Shown here in pieces: positions 18,130 through 26,536 of a DNA stretch of 64,000 nucleotides; the first letter of the stretch is position 1; each line of letters opens with the position of its first letter. Made by a program: the position numbers and the translations under genes. Below the pieces are notes generated by a model, which saw only the letters and a list, made by a program, of their open reading frames with translations, was not told the DNA's origin and made no database searches. The DNA is taken from assembly GCA_964653975.1 (NCBI GenBank), contig CAZZIG010000016.1, forward strand, positions 3,331 to 67,330, read 5' to 3'. The stretch comes from an uncultured Acidimicrobiaceae bacterium (GTDB lineage Bacteria; Actinomycetota; Acidimicrobiia; Spongiisociales; ZC4RG35).

Positions 18130-19893
18130 CTAGGGGATCTGCGCTGACCAGACCACGAAGCCCGGGGCGAGGTCCGGGTTGTATGGGCCGGTGTTGCTGA
18201 TCGCGACCGCCACGACGTGAGACCCGGTGACTTCCAAATGGCTGACGAGGATGTCACCGCCGAAGACCCGACACCAACCCAAGTGGGGGCACGTCTCGAG
18301 GAGGTCTTGGATGGTCCATTCACTCCCGTCGGATGTGAAGGCGAATGCCAGGTGGCTGGCCGATAAGGACTGGCCACGCCGATACGAGTCCAGGGTCTTG
18401 GCGATGTCCTCGATCGGGAACGAGGCGAGGAAGTCCCCCGTGGCTGGATGGTGGAAGTCGATGACCCCATTTGCGAGATCGACGACAACTCCTTCGGGAG
18501 CAGACGAACCGTCCATGGACCAGGTGTGAGTGGAGCCGTCCGGGGTCTCCAGTGAATAGGACCCGGAGCTTTGGTTCAGGGTCAGTGTGGCTTCGTTGCG
18601 AGTCAGCTCGGGATGGTCGTCGGTGGCGGCGGCGCCGACGTTTCTATCCCACCCGGTGATCATCACAGCGACGCCTCCGCGGCCGGCACCAGTTGCGTTG
18701 ATAGTCCAGTCGAGGTCATTGGGGAAGTGCTCGCCCGGCCCCATCTCCTCCCAGGAGCCGTCGTCACTCGCGACAACGACCGCGATGCCTCCCGTGTCCG
18801 AAGGGCCAACGAGTCTGCCCCGCCATTGGTCGATGCGCCTCGGTCCTTGGGGGGCCTCGGTCGCTTCCCAGGTCACGCCGTCCGAGCTCGACCAGGTGGT
18901 GAAGCCGCTGCGCCCGTAACCGAGCGCGACCACATCCCCATCCTGGGTCGTGGTGATCGCCTCGATCGAGAAAGCGTCGAGGATCTCCGACTGCTGCCAG
19001 CCGGTGTCCTCACTTCTAGACCACACGGGAGTCGCCGGGTTGCTGCCCTGGTGGTTGTCCACGATTGCCTGGACTTCGTCAGGGCTTAGATCCAGGTCTT
19101 CCGCGGTGATCTCGGCCAGAGGGAAACGAAAGGGCCCGTAGAAGGCGAAACGCACTTCCTCTCCAGCTACTTCGACGCCCCAAGAGGCGCCGGGGACGTC
19201 GAAGTCCTCGCCTTCTCTCGACCTCAGCTCTTCCCGAAGCCGCGCATTGATGTTGACACCTTCGCGGCCGGCCACCACCAGCAAGGCCTCCGAGCCGCCG
19301 GCTGCAGTCGGAGCGACCCCGGTCCACGGATCGAGCCCCGCGGTGGCCACCTCCTCGACCCTCCAGTCGATGCCGTCGTCTGATCGCCACACCGCAAACT
19401 CAGCACCGTCGCCGCGCCATTCGAGTGCGACGATTCCTTGCTCGGTGGAGGAGACGTGTGTGATTACGCGGTCGTCGGGGATCAATTGACCCAACGGTTG
19501 CCAGGAGCCCCCCTCAGCCGTTCGCCAACCACGGAGACCACCTTCGTCGAATCCGTTGAAGCTCGGTCTCGTGGTGGCGAAGAGATAGATCGACCCCTCG
19601 TGGTCGAACAACGCGATCGGGTGGGCGTCTTCGAGAAAGATCACCTCTTTCCACTCGAAGGGCTCGCCTCGGGCGATCTGGTCGACGGTGAAGTCATCGG
19701 AATCGACCGGTGGTTCCACCTCTCCGATGGTGATCGTCGTCGTGGTCTCCTCCACCGCTGCCGTGTCCGGGGACGAGAGGGTTCCCAGGCTGACGAAACC
19801 GACGACGATGGCCATGACCGCGCCGATGAAGATCCCGACCTTTCCCTTCCCGGGTCGGCCGCTGTCGGACCCTGTGCCGTCAGGTAGTACCAA
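18130..19893 (-). CDS. Membrane-anchored Asp-box (BNR) repeat beta-propeller-like protein
   Basis: TTG start with the N-terminal TM VGIFIGAVMAIVVGFVSLGTL. Repeated S-x-D-x-G-x-x-W-like motifs are WRSDDGIDWRV, WSSSDGVTWEA, VVASDDGSWEEM and FTSDGSEWTI. Confidence 0.65.
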   Translation of the reverse strand: MVLPDGTGSDSGRPGKGKVGIFIGAVMAIVVGFVSLGTLSSPDTAAVEETTTTITIGEVEPPVDSDDFTVDQIARGEPFEWKEVIFLEDAHPIALFDHEGSIYLFATTRPSFNGFDEGGLRGWRTAEGGSWQPLGQLIPDDRVITHVSSTEQGIVALEWRGDGAEFAVWRSDDGIDWRVEEVATAGLDPWTGVAPTAAGGSEALLVVAGREGVNINARLREELRSREGEDFDVPGASWGVEVAGEEVRFAFYGPFRFPLAEITAEDLDLSPDEVQAIVDNHQGSNPATPVWSRSEDTGWQQSEILDAFSIEAITTTQDGDVVALGYGRSGFTTWSSSDGVTWEATEAPQGPRRIDQWRGRLVGPSDTGGIAVVVASDDGSWEEMGPGEHFPNDLDWTINATGAGRGGVAVMITGWDRNVGAAATDDHPELTRNEATLTLNQSSGSYSLETPDGSTHTWSMDGSSAPEGVVVDLANGVIDFHHPATGDFLASFPIEDIAKTLDSYRRGQSLSASHLAFAFTSDGSEWTIQDLLETCPHLGWCRVFGGDILVSHLEVTGSHVVAVAISNTGPYNPDLAPGFVVWSAQIP

Positions 19894-20057
19894 TTCGTGA
19901 AAACCGTAGGGACACCAGTGTGGTTCCCCTTCGAGGCTAAGTGTCGATAGCGGGACGGTCTCCCAAATGCGATACCGCTCGGGAGCCGTTGGTGTGGCTA
20001 TGGATCAGGTTGCCGATCCAAACGCTGCCACGGTGTCGCAGCAACCTCCCAGGGGGC

Positions 20058-20462
20058 TCAACCCGTCCACTCGAAAGGGCGCTGCGTCATCCGATACTCC
20101 CTCAGCAGCGCGATCCTTCCACCTTTGAGCCGGGCGACAGAAGCACCTTCGAAGGAGCGCTCTACTTCTCCGACGGTGCACGAGAAGTCCCATTCGAAAG
20201 CACAGTCATCGTCTGCAACGAGCAACGACGTGATGTCCCAGCGGTCGATCGTGTTTCCTTCAGCAAACCATGACTCAACCCAACGCTCGACCTGATCTCT
20301 TCCCCGGTAGGTCGGGCCATGTGACTCGATGACAATGCAGTCCCGTTCGAGGGTGTCGAGAATCAGGCCAGAGTCAGCCGCCTTCCACCCCGTCACGTAA
20401 TCTCGCACCAAACGGCCGGCGTCAGTGTCTCCCGCCATCGAATTCACCATACCGAGGGACAT
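20058..20462 (-). CDS. SnoaL-like / NTF2-fold protein
   Basis: 134 aa. VRDYVTGWKAADSGLILDTLERDCIVIESHGPTYRGRDQVERWV is typical of SnoaL_2-type domains. Confidence 0.7.
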   Translation of the reverse strand: MSLGMVNSMAGDTDAGRLVRDYVTGWKAADSGLILDTLERDCIVIESHGPTYRGRDQVERWVESWFAEGNTIDRWDITSLLVADDDCAFEWDFSCTVGEVERSFEGASVARLKGGRIALLREYRMTQRPFEWTG

Positions 20463-20513
20463 GCAGCGAGTGACCGAGTCGGGCGGTTCCGTGAGTCACA
20501 TACCCTGGGTCGT

Positions 20514-20990
20514 ATGGACACCAATGACCTGAAGCATCTGGAACGCTGTGTCGAACTGGCCGCCCGAGGGTTGGAAGCTGGAGACGAACCGTTTGGATCA
20601 GTGCTCGTCGACGGCGACGGCCAGGTCCGTTGCGAGGACCACAATCGGGTGGCGTCAGGGGACAGGACCCGTCATCCCGAATTCGCCTTGGCCCGGTGGG
20701 CCGCTGCCAACATGTCTCCCACCGAGAGGGCGGCGTCCACCGTGTACACGTCAGGGGAGCATTGCCCGATGTGCGCGGCCGCTCATGGTTGGGTCGGGCT
20801 CGGCCGCATCGTCTATGCCAGCTCTTCCGCTCAACTCGCCGGATGGTTGAAGGATCTGGGCGTTCCGCCACCTCCGGTAGCCACCCTCCCTATTGACCAA
20901 GTGGTGCCCGGAGCGATGGTCGAAGGGCCGGTGGACGAGCTCGCGGAGCGGTTGCGTGATTTACATGTCCGTCATTACAAAGGAAACTGA
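20514..20990 (+). CDS. Cytidine/deoxycytidylate-type zinc deaminase (TadA/guanine deaminase-like)
   Basis: Contains H-P-E (RTRHPEFAL) and PC-x-x-C (GEHCPMCAAA), the zinc-binding deaminase motifs. Length is 158 aa. Confidence 0.85.
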   Translation: MDTNDLKHLERCVELAARGLEAGDEPFGSVLVDGDGQVRCEDHNRVASGDRTRHPEFALARWAAANMSPTERAASTVYTSGEHCPMCAAAHGWVGLGRIVYASSSAQLAGWLKDLGVPPPPVATLPIDQVVPGAMVEGPVDELAERLRDLHVRHYKGN

Positions 20991-21108
20991 TCAGATAGGG
21001 CTTCCAACACGAAGTCGCATCACTGGGCGTTGCACGAGCGGAATGAGTGACGTTGTCGTCTTGGCGAGTGAGTGTCTCGCTTGGACGCCGTCATAAGGTT
21101 CGTAGTTC

Positions 21109-21792
21109 ATGATCAGGACACTCCGCCGGGTGGACATTGGTGGCCATGTTCCATCCGGAGTTGGACATCCCGATCACCCCATGCGACTGATGACACGCCA
21201 GATTGCTGGACTCGAATCCGGTGATTGGGCGTCGACCATGAAGAGTGTGGCCGCTCTCTTCGATGAGCTCGCCCCTCAATGGATTGCAAGGGTCTCGGCG
21301 CAGACGATCCAGGTGGTGGAGGATGCGTTGACGCGGGGACTCGATCCGCTTATTCAAAGCAACCAATTCGCATTGGAATCCGGGTCCGGAATCGGAACCT
21401 ATACACCCCTTCTCACTCGCCGGTTCGCGACGGTCGTGTCCGTTGACATCTCTAAGGCGATGCTGGATCAGGGCCCGGAGAAGTCGCTCCGAGTCCAAGC
21501 GGACGGGGCTCAGCTCCCGATCCGTGGTACCTCAGTCGATGCCCTGATACTCATCAATGCATTTCTCTTTCCAACCGAAACGGCCCGAGTGCTACGTAAT
21601 GGTGGTGCGGTCCTGTGGGTGAACACCAGCGGCGATCAAACACCGATTCACCTATCGACTGCCGAGGTGGCATCTTCGATTCCGTTCCAGATCGAAGGAG
21701 TCGAGAGTCGTGCCGGAGCTGGAACCTGGTGCTGCCTCATCAGGCAAGGTCTAAAACACTCGACCTCCGGTCAACCCCAGGTCACCGAGTGA
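21109..21792 (+). CDS. Class I SAM-dependent methyltransferase (start uncertain; alternative ATG at 21181)
   Basis: ALESGSGIGTYTPLL (motif I, E/D-x-G-x-G-x-G), VVSVDIS (motif II), VDALILINAF and LRNGGAVLWV. Confidence 0.7.
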   Translation: MIRTLRRVDIGGHVPSGVGHPDHPMRLMTRQIAGLESGDWASTMKSVAALFDELAPQWIARVSAQTIQVVEDALTRGLDPLIQSNQFALESGSGIGTYTPLLTRRFATVVSVDISKAMLDQGPEKSLRVQADGAQLPIRGTSVDALILINAFLFPTETARVLRNGGAVLWVNTSGDQTPIHLSTAEVASSIPFQIEGVESRAGAGTWCCLIRQGLKHSTSGQPQVTE

Positions 21793-22003
21793 TCCACAGC
21801 GCAGGCACGTAAGATCCGATCCCGGGTCGAGCGTTGTCGCTAGGGATCGGGGAGGTCGGTCCGGTCTGTGAGAGTCAGGCGGATGCCTGTTCCCGGAACT
21901 CGACTTCTTGGGCGTTGTACCCGAGATCAGTTGTGATCTGGGCTCCCTGGACATAGTCGGTGTCTCTTCCGGCAACCCTCTGCACAGATAGAATCGTGTC
22001 GCG

Positions 22004-22450
22004 GTGAAGCAGTGGCGCAATGTCGGGATCCCGGTGGCCGTGGCTGTTCTTGTCGCCGCCGTCATCTTCCGGTTCGGATCTGGTAGCTACATGTTCCATG
22101 AACTATCAGCGTGGGCGGTTGGCCTTTTCAGTTCTGTGTCTGTGTACGTAGTTTTCGGGCACATCGAGAGACGGTTCACTAGGGCCGCTCAAGAAATTGC
22201 AGCCGAAAATCCTGTTCGCCTGATTCGGGCCTTGTTCCGCAGGTCACCGGGCCTGGTGCAGCTTCTCAGACTTGCCTTGACGGTCTACGTCGGAGCGCTG
22301 GCTCACGCTCTCGCCTACAACGCGATGTTCTCACCTTTCGCGATGAGAAACATCTCTGTTGGCGCCGGGATCGTCGCCGCCTCGCTCGTAGGGACTCTCC
22401 TCTACCTTAGAGAAGCCAACCCACCTCCCCAGGACGGCCCGATCCGGTAG
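22004..22450 (+). CDS. Hypothetical membrane protein
   Basis: GTG start. Hydrophobic segments are IPVAVAVLVAAVIF, AWAVGLFSSVSVYVVF, LALTVYVGALAHALAY and VGAGIVAASLVGTLLY. Confidence 0.5.
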   Translation: MKQWRNVGIPVAVAVLVAAVIFRFGSGSYMFHELSAWAVGLFSSVSVYVVFGHIERRFTRAAQEIAAENPVRLIRALFRRSPGLVQLLRLALTVYVGALAHALAYNAMFSPFAMRNISVGAGIVAASLVGTLLYLREANPPPQDGPIR

Positions 22451-22503
22451 ATGCCGAGAGCTCGCAACTCCTGTGATGTGCGCTGTCGCGCCCATAGCTG
22501 TGA

Positions 22504-22947
22504 TTATTGGCGGCCGCGAAGAGCCTTCCGTATGAGGTCAGCATGTCGGTCGAGAGTCGATCTCGACGGTGGGGAACCCCAATCTGCGGTGATCTGGAAT
22601 GGGTCGCCGTCGTACCTGGGGATCACATGGAGGTGGGAATGGAAGACTTCCTGGCCGGCTGCTTCTCCATCCGCATAGAAGAGGTTGACCCCTTCACATC
22701 GAAGGCCTGAAAGACGTAGCCCTGCTGCGAGTCGCTGAGCCAGTGTTGCCATCGCTGCAAACGTCTCGGGTGGGACGTCGGCAAGATCCCGGACGTGGCT
22801 TCTGGGAGCGATTAGCAAATGACCTTCGTTCACGGGGTTGATGTCGAGAAATCCAATCAACAGAGGATCCTCGTAGACCACGCTCGCGTCTCCGGCGCCG
22901 GAAGCGATATCACAGAACACGCAGGCGGTACTGCTCGGGTCTTTCAT
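22504..22947 (-). CDS. HIT (histidine triad) family hydrolase
   Basis: CVFCDI at the N-terminus, NEGHLLIAP, and the histidine triad HSHLHVIP. Confidence 0.88.
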   Translation of the reverse strand: MKDPSSTACVFCDIASGAGDASVVYEDPLLIGFLDINPVNEGHLLIAPRSHVRDLADVPPETFAAMATLAQRLAAGLRLSGLRCEGVNLFYADGEAAGQEVFHSHLHVIPRYDGDPFQITADWGSPPSRSTLDRHADLIRKALRGRQ

Positions 22948-22993
22948 CTCCGCACGAATCCTCTCATATCCAGGATCAGGTGACCGGCACTAG

Positions 22994-23437
22994 ATGATCG
23001 GCGCTGTCTTCATGTTGAATGGCTGCATGGCTGTAAGGCAGCTGGGTCGAGGGGACGAGGCGATAGTCCAGCTCCTGTTGTCTCGTTTCAAAGGGTATGA
23101 AGCGACCGTGCCTGAGGAGTTCCTCGCCGATCCGAGAACAATCCTGTTCGTCGCCGACGACGACGGTGCGGTTGTGGGCTGGCTCTACGCCTATGAGTTG
23201 GTTCGACCCGAAGGTCGACGCGCCATGCTCCTGTACGAGGTGGAGGTCGCCGCAGAAGCTCGGGGTCGCGGTCACGGTCGAGCGTTGGTAGAAGCGCTGC
23301 TGGTAGAGGCTCGAGCGCGTGACCATTTCAGGGTGTGGGTGCTCGCCGACCCCGAGAATGCGGCTGCTGAAGCCCTTTATATGGCAATGGGAGGAGCCAG
23401 GTCGGAGCAGACCATGTTCACCTGGAAACTGCTGTAA
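22994..23437 (+). CDS. GNAT-family N-acetyltransferase (start uncertain)
   Basis: VVGWLYAYEL...LLYEVEVAAEARGRGHGRALVEALL shows the R-G-x-G-x-G/A acetyl-CoA motif. Confidence 0.7.
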   Translation: MIGAVFMLNGCMAVRQLGRGDEAIVQLLLSRFKGYEATVPEEFLADPRTILFVADDDGAVVGWLYAYELVRPEGRRAMLLYEVEVAAEARGRGHGRALVEALLVEARARDHFRVWVLADPENAAAEALYMAMGGARSEQTMFTWKLL

Positions 23438-23564
23438 GTGAGTGACGACTCGGCGTGCACTTCCCGAGACGCGAGTTGTCAGCAGTGGGATGTTGAACTG
23501 GGCGGCTCTGTCTTAGCTGGATTTCTCCGTGTCGAGTGCAACCGTGTAGGCGTCTGCTGAGTGG

Positions 23565-24026
23565 ATGGACGTGAAAGAAGCCGAGATCTGGCTGAAGTGC
23601 AAGGACGACCTCACTCGTTATGCCGGTGTGTTGGTTGGGCCGTCCGATGCTGAGGATGTCGTCTCGACGGTCTTTCTCCGCGTATTGGACCGGAGAAGGC
23701 TTGAAGATCTCGAAGACGCTCGTCGCTACTTGTTTCGGGCGGTTCTCAATGAGTGCAAGACGCGAATTGGGAGGAGTCGGGCGGTTCTCGGTTTGGTGGA
23801 CCTCCCGGGTCCGCCCCCGTCTGAGCCACAACCGGAGGTTCTCGAGGCGGTTCTTTCGCTGCCGTTGGGTCAGCGGGCGGCGACTTTCTTCGTGTACTGG
23901 GCGGACATGAGCGTCGCGGAGGCAGCGGAGATGATGGGTGTGCGACCCGGGACAGTGAAGAGGTACCTGCACCTGGCGCGGGCCAAGTTGGAAGGAGTGC
24001 TGAATGAGCACGTCAATGCCGACTGA
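23565..24026 (+). CDS. ECF-type RNA polymerase sigma-70 family factor (module 2)
   Basis: Region 2 is AEDVVSTVFLRVL. Region 4 HTH is MSVAEAAEMMGVRPGTVKRYLHLARAKLE. Confidence 0.85.
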   Translation: MDVKEAEIWLKCKDDLTRYAGVLVGPSDAEDVVSTVFLRVLDRRRLEDLEDARRYLFRAVLNECKTRIGRSRAVLGLVDLPGPPPSEPQPEVLEAVLSLPLGQRAATFFVYWADMSVAEAAEMMGVRPGTVKRYLHLARAKLEGVLNEHVNAD

Positions 24027-25590
24027 TGATGTGGCGGCGGCCTTCCGCCGCTCCTTTCAGGTGGTGGTCGATCGAACCGGGCTGCCATCGGCTCAGGTTC
24101 CAACGTATGGGTTGTCTCAGCCTCCCCGCCGTCCCCGGTATGGCTGGGCGCTGGCTGCCGCTGTTGCGGTCGTGCTGGTATTCGTGGGTATAGGGCTGGT
24201 CCGTGACGACGCCCCTCCAGCACTGTCCGGTCAACTGGCGGGGTTCCGTGCCCACACCTCCGATCCGGGTGGGGGTATGGACGCCATCGTCTCCGGGGTC
24301 GTAGAGATCGGCCAAGAGACCGGTTGTGTGTGGCTGTCCGATCCCAGCGGCGCTCGCTACCCGGTGATCTGGCCGGTCGGTACCACAATGCAAGCGAGCC
24401 CGCCGGGGATCGTGTTGTCCGGAGGCCAGACCGTCGCCGACGGTGACCGTGTGGAGGGAAGCGGCGGCTATGTCGACGCCGATGCCTCGACGAGCGGCCT
24501 CGGGCTGGAGCCATTCCCGGATGCATGCATCCATGTAGGGGAGGCGGCGTCATTCAACCCCGGTTCGCCAATCACCGTCACGCCTGGAGAAGGGATCGAC
24601 CTGGACGAGACCTTGGTGAGCAGGTTCTCGCCTCCGCAACCCATCGGCCTACAGCTGATCGCCGTGAACTCCAATAGGCGGTCGGTCGCTGTTGTCGACT
24701 TCGTCACCGGCACAGTGCATCAATACGATCCCGGTCAGTACGAAGCGCCGACGGATGCGATCGACGGAGCAAGCGGCGGAAACGGCTTCACCCATCTCTG
24801 GGCCAACGGCACCGTCTCCACCTACTGGCCGATCGACTCCAACCCGCTGGTCTACCGGCCTGCACCATTGCGAGAAGGACAAGGGGTTGCTCCCACGTTG
24901 GAGGTCCTGCCAGCACCCGATGGTGATCACACTTGGCTCATACAGCCCGCCTTCGACGACCAGCCAACCCTCGTTGAACTGGTCAACGTGGTCGGTTTCC
25001 AGCTCAGTCGAGTCATGTCGTCTGAGATCGACGGATCTTGGCATCCAGTAGGCACCAACGTCGAGGGCATCGTTCTCGTCGGCGACGAGCCGGAAACTCG
25101 CACGCTTGTCGTTGGCACTGATGGAACTGTCATCGCTGAGACACCCGGCACCGCGTTGTCGGTCGGATGGGAAGGCGTAGTCGTTGTACGACCAGATGGG
25201 TCGCTCGTCATCACCAACACTCAGCTTGGCGATCCTGTCGAAGTCGAGAGGCCGGCCGATGGAGAGTGGGCCGCAGTCGGAGGACCGATGGTTCCCGCCA
25301 CCTCACCTCCCATGCGAACAGGAACCACCCAATACCTCGTGCAGATCATCGATGACGCCACAAAAGGCGAGATGAGCCTCGGACGGTTGATCCTGATCGA
25401 CCCTAATGGCAGCACCACTCCGCTCTACGACTTCATAGAGGGATCCCACATGGCCTCATGGTCACCATCAGATGACTGGGTAGTGGTCGTTGAGAACGCG
25501 GCCGTGACACTGATCTCGACCAGTGATGGTTCCACGACTCCGCTCGGCGACCTGATTCCGGAGTCCCACTACGTCCTCAGCGCAGGCTGA
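24004..25590 (+). CDS. Single-pass membrane protein coupled to ECF sigma (putative anti-sigma/partner) with a large extracytoplasmic domain
   Basis: The start (GGAAGGAG 6 nt upstream) overlaps the sigma gene by 23 nt. TM is WALAAAVAVVLVFVGIGLV. The C-terminal part (WSPSDDWVVVVENAAVTLISTSDGSTTPLGDLIP) looks like beta-propeller/TolB-type repeats. Confidence 0.6.
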   Translation: MSTSMPTDDVAAAFRRSFQVVVDRTGLPSAQVPTYGLSQPPRRPRYGWALAAAVAVVLVFVGIGLVRDDAPPALSGQLAGFRAHTSDPGGGMDAIVSGVVEIGQETGCVWLSDPSGARYPVIWPVGTTMQASPPGIVLSGGQTVADGDRVEGSGGYVDADASTSGLGLEPFPDACIHVGEAASFNPGSPITVTPGEGIDLDETLVSRFSPPQPIGLQLIAVNSNRRSVAVVDFVTGTVHQYDPGQYEAPTDAIDGASGGNGFTHLWANGTVSTYWPIDSNPLVYRPAPLREGQGVAPTLEVLPAPDGDHTWLIQPAFDDQPTLVELVNVVGFQLSRVMSSEIDGSWHPVGTNVEGIVLVGDEPETRTLVVGTDGTVIAETPGTALSVGWEGVVVVRPDGSLVITNTQLGDPVEVERPADGEWAAVGGPMVPATSPPMRTGTTQYLVQIIDDATKGEMSLGRLILIDPNGSTTPLYDFIEGSHMASWSPSDDWVVVVENAAVTLISTSDGSTTPLGDLIPESHYVLSAG

Positions 25591-25737
25591 CGCGGCCCGC
25601 GGACGACCTGAGCAGGACGTGAGGCGCCGCTAACCCGCACCTCCTGGCATGCTCGTTACTCGCCTAGAAATGGTGATTTCGGCCACTGGGGCACTGGTTC
25701 TGGGGCTGCTCCGGACTCCCTTTGTAGGCTGATCCAG

Positions 25738-26277
25738 GTGAGCAACTATCCGTATTGGTCGCTGAATTTCGACTTGCGAGCTGACCTTCCTGTGCATGTG
25801 ATGAGGGTTCTCACCGATGTTGCATCTGACCACGCTTCAGAGGCGGAGGACATCGCACTACTCCATCCGGTTGTTCGTTTCTACCTTTCGGATTGGCGTC
25901 GGATGCTGGTCGGTGAGGAAGATCCGAGGGTGGGCAGCCCTGTCCGCTTATTTCGGCATGGGCATGCCGACCGCGGTAAGACAGACTGCCTCAGCATTGA
26001 GTTCTGTCAGCACGACGACGAGTACGCCAACGGCGGGTGGGTGTTCTGGTTGTGGGTGCTCAGTCTGGTGCGCCGCCCCCCGCCCCACCCTGAGTCGAGG
26101 AGCATGATCGGCTTTGAGGCTGCCTACCGAGGCGACGCGGTATCGCCCGAGATCTACTTTGTCGATCACACCGGTTTAGATCTCGGGGGCCGGCACAACT
26201 CGTTTCAGCAGATCGATGAGACGCTCGAGGGCGCGCTGGGCCACGACTACGGATACAGCTCTCGGATGGAGGAGTGA
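25738..26277 (+). CDS. Hypothetical protein
   Basis: 179-aa ORF with a GTG start and a non-repetitive composition (MSNYPYWSLNFDLRADLPVHVMRVLTDV...). No family recognised by eye. Confidence 0.45.
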   Translation: MSNYPYWSLNFDLRADLPVHVMRVLTDVASDHASEAEDIALLHPVVRFYLSDWRRMLVGEEDPRVGSPVRLFRHGHADRGKTDCLSIEFCQHDDEYANGGWVFWLWVLSLVRRPPPHPESRSMIGFEAAYRGDAVSPEIYFVDHTGLDLGGRHNSFQQIDETLEGALGHDYGYSSRMEE

Positions 26278-26461
26278 GGACATCCGACGGTGCCACGTTG
26301 TGACAACTCTGAATCGAACTCGAGGTGCCGGTCTCGGATGGTCTTCGATTGGGCGGTTTCGTCCGCGATTGTTGGTGTGCGCTCCGATTGGGTCCAGCAC
26401 CGCCTGTTTCAGAAGTGGACGAGTCCGGTTTGTGGCCTCCGCCGGGGACCCCAGCCAGTGG

Positions 26462-26536
26462 TCATCTCCTCCCCGTCGTCCAAGGAGGCGAGACCTCGAC
26501 CCGCAACGGCGGACCCAAATGCCGCCACGACCATAT
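26462..26536 (+). repeat. 75-bp near-identical copy (73/75) of the HNH-core segment 17832..17906
   Basis: Both copies read TCATCTCCTCCCCGTCGTCCAAGGAGGCGA[A/G]ACCTCGACCCGCAACGGCGGACCCAAATGCCGCCACGACCA[C/T]AT. The flanks on both sides are unrelated. The segment encodes HLLPVVQGGETSTRNGGPKCRHDH. Confidence 0.9.
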
